Source: an uncultured Propionibacteriales bacterium
GTDB taxonomy: Bacteria; Actinomycetota; Actinomycetes; Propionibacteriales; Nocardioidaceae
Length of the DNA: 64,000 bases
Assembly (NCBI GenBank): GCA_965653225.1
Contig: CBFGZI010000003.1
Span: 2,831-66,830, forward strand
Reading direction: 5' to 3'
The position numbers and the translations under genes are program-made. Every line of letters starts with the position of its first letter. The first letter of the stretch is position 1. Below the pieces are notes generated by a model, which ran no database searches, was not told the DNA's origin, and saw nothing but the letters and a program-made list of their open reading frames with translations. This document shows, piece by piece, positions 62,555 through 64,000 of this stretch.

Positions 62555-62630
62555 GGATGTAACCGCCTGTTCCCTGGCCCTCCCGCACTTTGCAGGAGGC
62601 GGGGAGGTCATGGAACGGACGGTTACATCC
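62555..62630 (+). other. Nested inverted repeats (possible structured RNA or terminator) just after the ALDH stop
   Basis: Outer 11-bp arms ggatgtaaccg / cggttacatcc are separated by 54 nt that contain an inner imperfect stem, ccctcccgc ... gcggggagg. Confidence 0.3.
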
Positions 62631-62817
62631 CGTTCAAGAACCGCATGCGTGCGATGGATGACCCTTCGCGGTCGGCCGAGCATAGGTACGACCACCGAGA
62701 CTTCCCTCCGCCTCGGCTGGGACCGCCCAGCGGCGTCATTGAAGGACCCAAGGGCCGGGCGTAGCGTCCGGGCCGAGGGCCGGGCATTTCGATCCGGCCG
62801 GGGAGGGGTACACCGTC

Positions 62818-64000
62818 ATGCTCGGATCCCGCGCCCGTCGCTCCCTGGTCGCGCTCACCGGCGCCGCCGCGGTCGCCGTACCCCTGGCCGCCACCGGTAC
62901 GACGAGCGCCGCGCCCGCGGCCCCGTCCGCGGCCACCGCGCCGGCCAGGCCAACGCCCGGCGGCGCCGGGGCCGGCGACCCCTACTTCCCGCTGTACGGC
63001 AACCGCGGCTACAACGCGCAGCACTACGGGCTGCGCATCCGCTACAACCCGGCCACGAACCAGCTGCACGGCAACGCCCGGATCCGGGCACGGGCGCACA
63101 AGGCGCTCAGCCGTTTCAACCTCGACTTCGTCGGGCTGCGGGTCCGGTCGGTCGCGGTGAACGGACGACGTGCCCGCTGGAACCGCCCGAACAAGCACGA
63201 GCTCGTCGTGACGCCCGCCCGCGCGCTGCCGGCCGCCCGCCCGTTCACGGTCCGGGTGCGCTACCACGGCGTACCCCAGGTATTCCGCACCCCCGGGCTC
63301 GGTGCGTCCGCGTTCCTCGCCACCAGCGACGGGGCGACGGCGATCGGGGAGCCGCAGGTGGCGGCGTTCTGGTTCCCGGTCAACGACCACCCCAGCGACA
63401 AGGCGACCTATCGCGTCACCCTGACGGTCCCCCGGCGCCTGGACGCGATCTCGAACGGCCTCCCCTCGCCCACCACGGTCCACGGCCAGTGGGCGACGAC
63501 GACATGGCAGGCGCGAGACCCGATGGCCAGCTACCTGGCGTTCATGTCAGTCGGACGATATGACGTGCACCGCTGGACCACCGCCGCCGGGCTGCCGATG
63601 ATCGACGCGGTCGACTCACGCATCCCCGCCAACGTCAAGCGGCGCATCAACACCTCCCTCGCCCGGCAGGGCGAGATCCTGCGCGCAGAGACCCACTGGT
63701 TCGGCCCGTACCCGTTCGAGACCGCGGGCGCCGTGGTCGACCGGCTTCCCGCCCAGTTCGCCCTGGAGAACCAGACCCGCCCCACCTACGTGCCCGTGTT
63801 CTGGGAGATTCCGACCTCCCCGACCCTCGGCGACGACGTGGTCGTGCACGAGCTCGCACACCAGTGGTTCGGCGACACGGTCTCAGTCGAGAAATGGCGC
63901 GACATCTGGCTCAACGAGGGTTTCGCCACCTACGCCGAGTGGCTGTGGAACCAGCGCGAGCACGGCTTCTCGCCACGCGACTTCTTCCACCACTACTTCG
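62818..64000 (+). CDS. Secreted M1 family metallopeptidase (aminopeptidase N-like); 3' end lies outside the window
   Basis: Not in the ORF track (no stop within the window). ATG follows GGGGAGGGG. Signal peptide, GDPYFPLYGNRGYNAQHYGL, and VVHELAHQWFGD...WLNEGFATY (HExxH-x18-E). Confidence 0.85.
   Translation, partial: MLGSRARRSLVALTGAAAVAVPLAATGTTSAAPAAPSAATAPARPTPGGAGAGDPYFPLYGNRGYNAQHYGLRIRYNPATNQLHGNARIRARAHKALSRFNLDFVGLRVRSVAVNGRRARWNRPNKHELVVTPARALPAARPFTVRVRYHGVPQVFRTPGLGASAFLATSDGATAIGEPQVAAFWFPVNDHPSDKATYRVTLTVPRRLDAISNGLPSPTTVHGQWATTTWQARDPMASYLAFMSVGRYDVHRWTTAAGLPMIDAVDSRIPANVKRRINTSLARQGEILRAETHWFGPYPFETAGAVVDRLPAQFALENQTRPTYVPVFWEIPTSPTLGDDVVVHELAHQWFGDTVSVEKWRDIWLNEGFATYAEWLWNQREHGFSPRDFFHHYF

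Noticed and set aside
1-64000. rRNA, tRNA, tmRNA or riboswitch genes
   Set aside because: I saw no T-loop/anticodon-arm-like conserved strings or rRNA-like stretches in the intergenic regions I read. This cannot be excluded without tRNAscan-SE or Infernal.

Overview
This is a high-GC (roughly 70%) chromosomal segment typical of Actinomycetota. It is densely coded, and many long antisense ORFs are compositional artefacts. I found no rRNA, tRNA, CRISPR array, integrase or transposase.

Positions 1-39 kb are mostly housekeeping and accessory metabolism:
- an OFA-type MFS transporter with a translationally coupled micro-ORF
- F420/deazaflavin enzymes
- secreted M4, S1 and M1 peptidases
- a gntR/gntK pair
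- a QueA-like+SDR operon
- a Bcr/CflA efflux pump
- GT4 glycosyltransferase plus UDP-glucose dehydrogenase
- an amidase
- an MEDS/anti-sigma-type regulator
- hyuA/hyuB with a divergent fused E1 alpha/beta TPP enzyme
- CinA and an acyl-CoA ligase

Positions 40-59 kb are the most interesting part:
- An HNH/DUF222 selfish gene and two genes each interrupted by a +1 frameshift.
- A recC-recB-recD operon that continues without a real gap into an ERCC4 nuclease with an Lsr2-like DNA-binding tail, then a NERD-SF1 helicase (frameshifted).
- Directly upstream of recC, a divergent module: XRE repressor + PUA/EVE-like protein on one side, vWA protein + ArdC-like HExxH zincin on the other, with paired palindromic operators between them.

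Several short repeated or palindromic non-coding elements are also reported.

All family assignments come from reading the translations by eye; no searches were run. Hand-indexed coordinates of non-coding motifs may be off by 1-2 nt.
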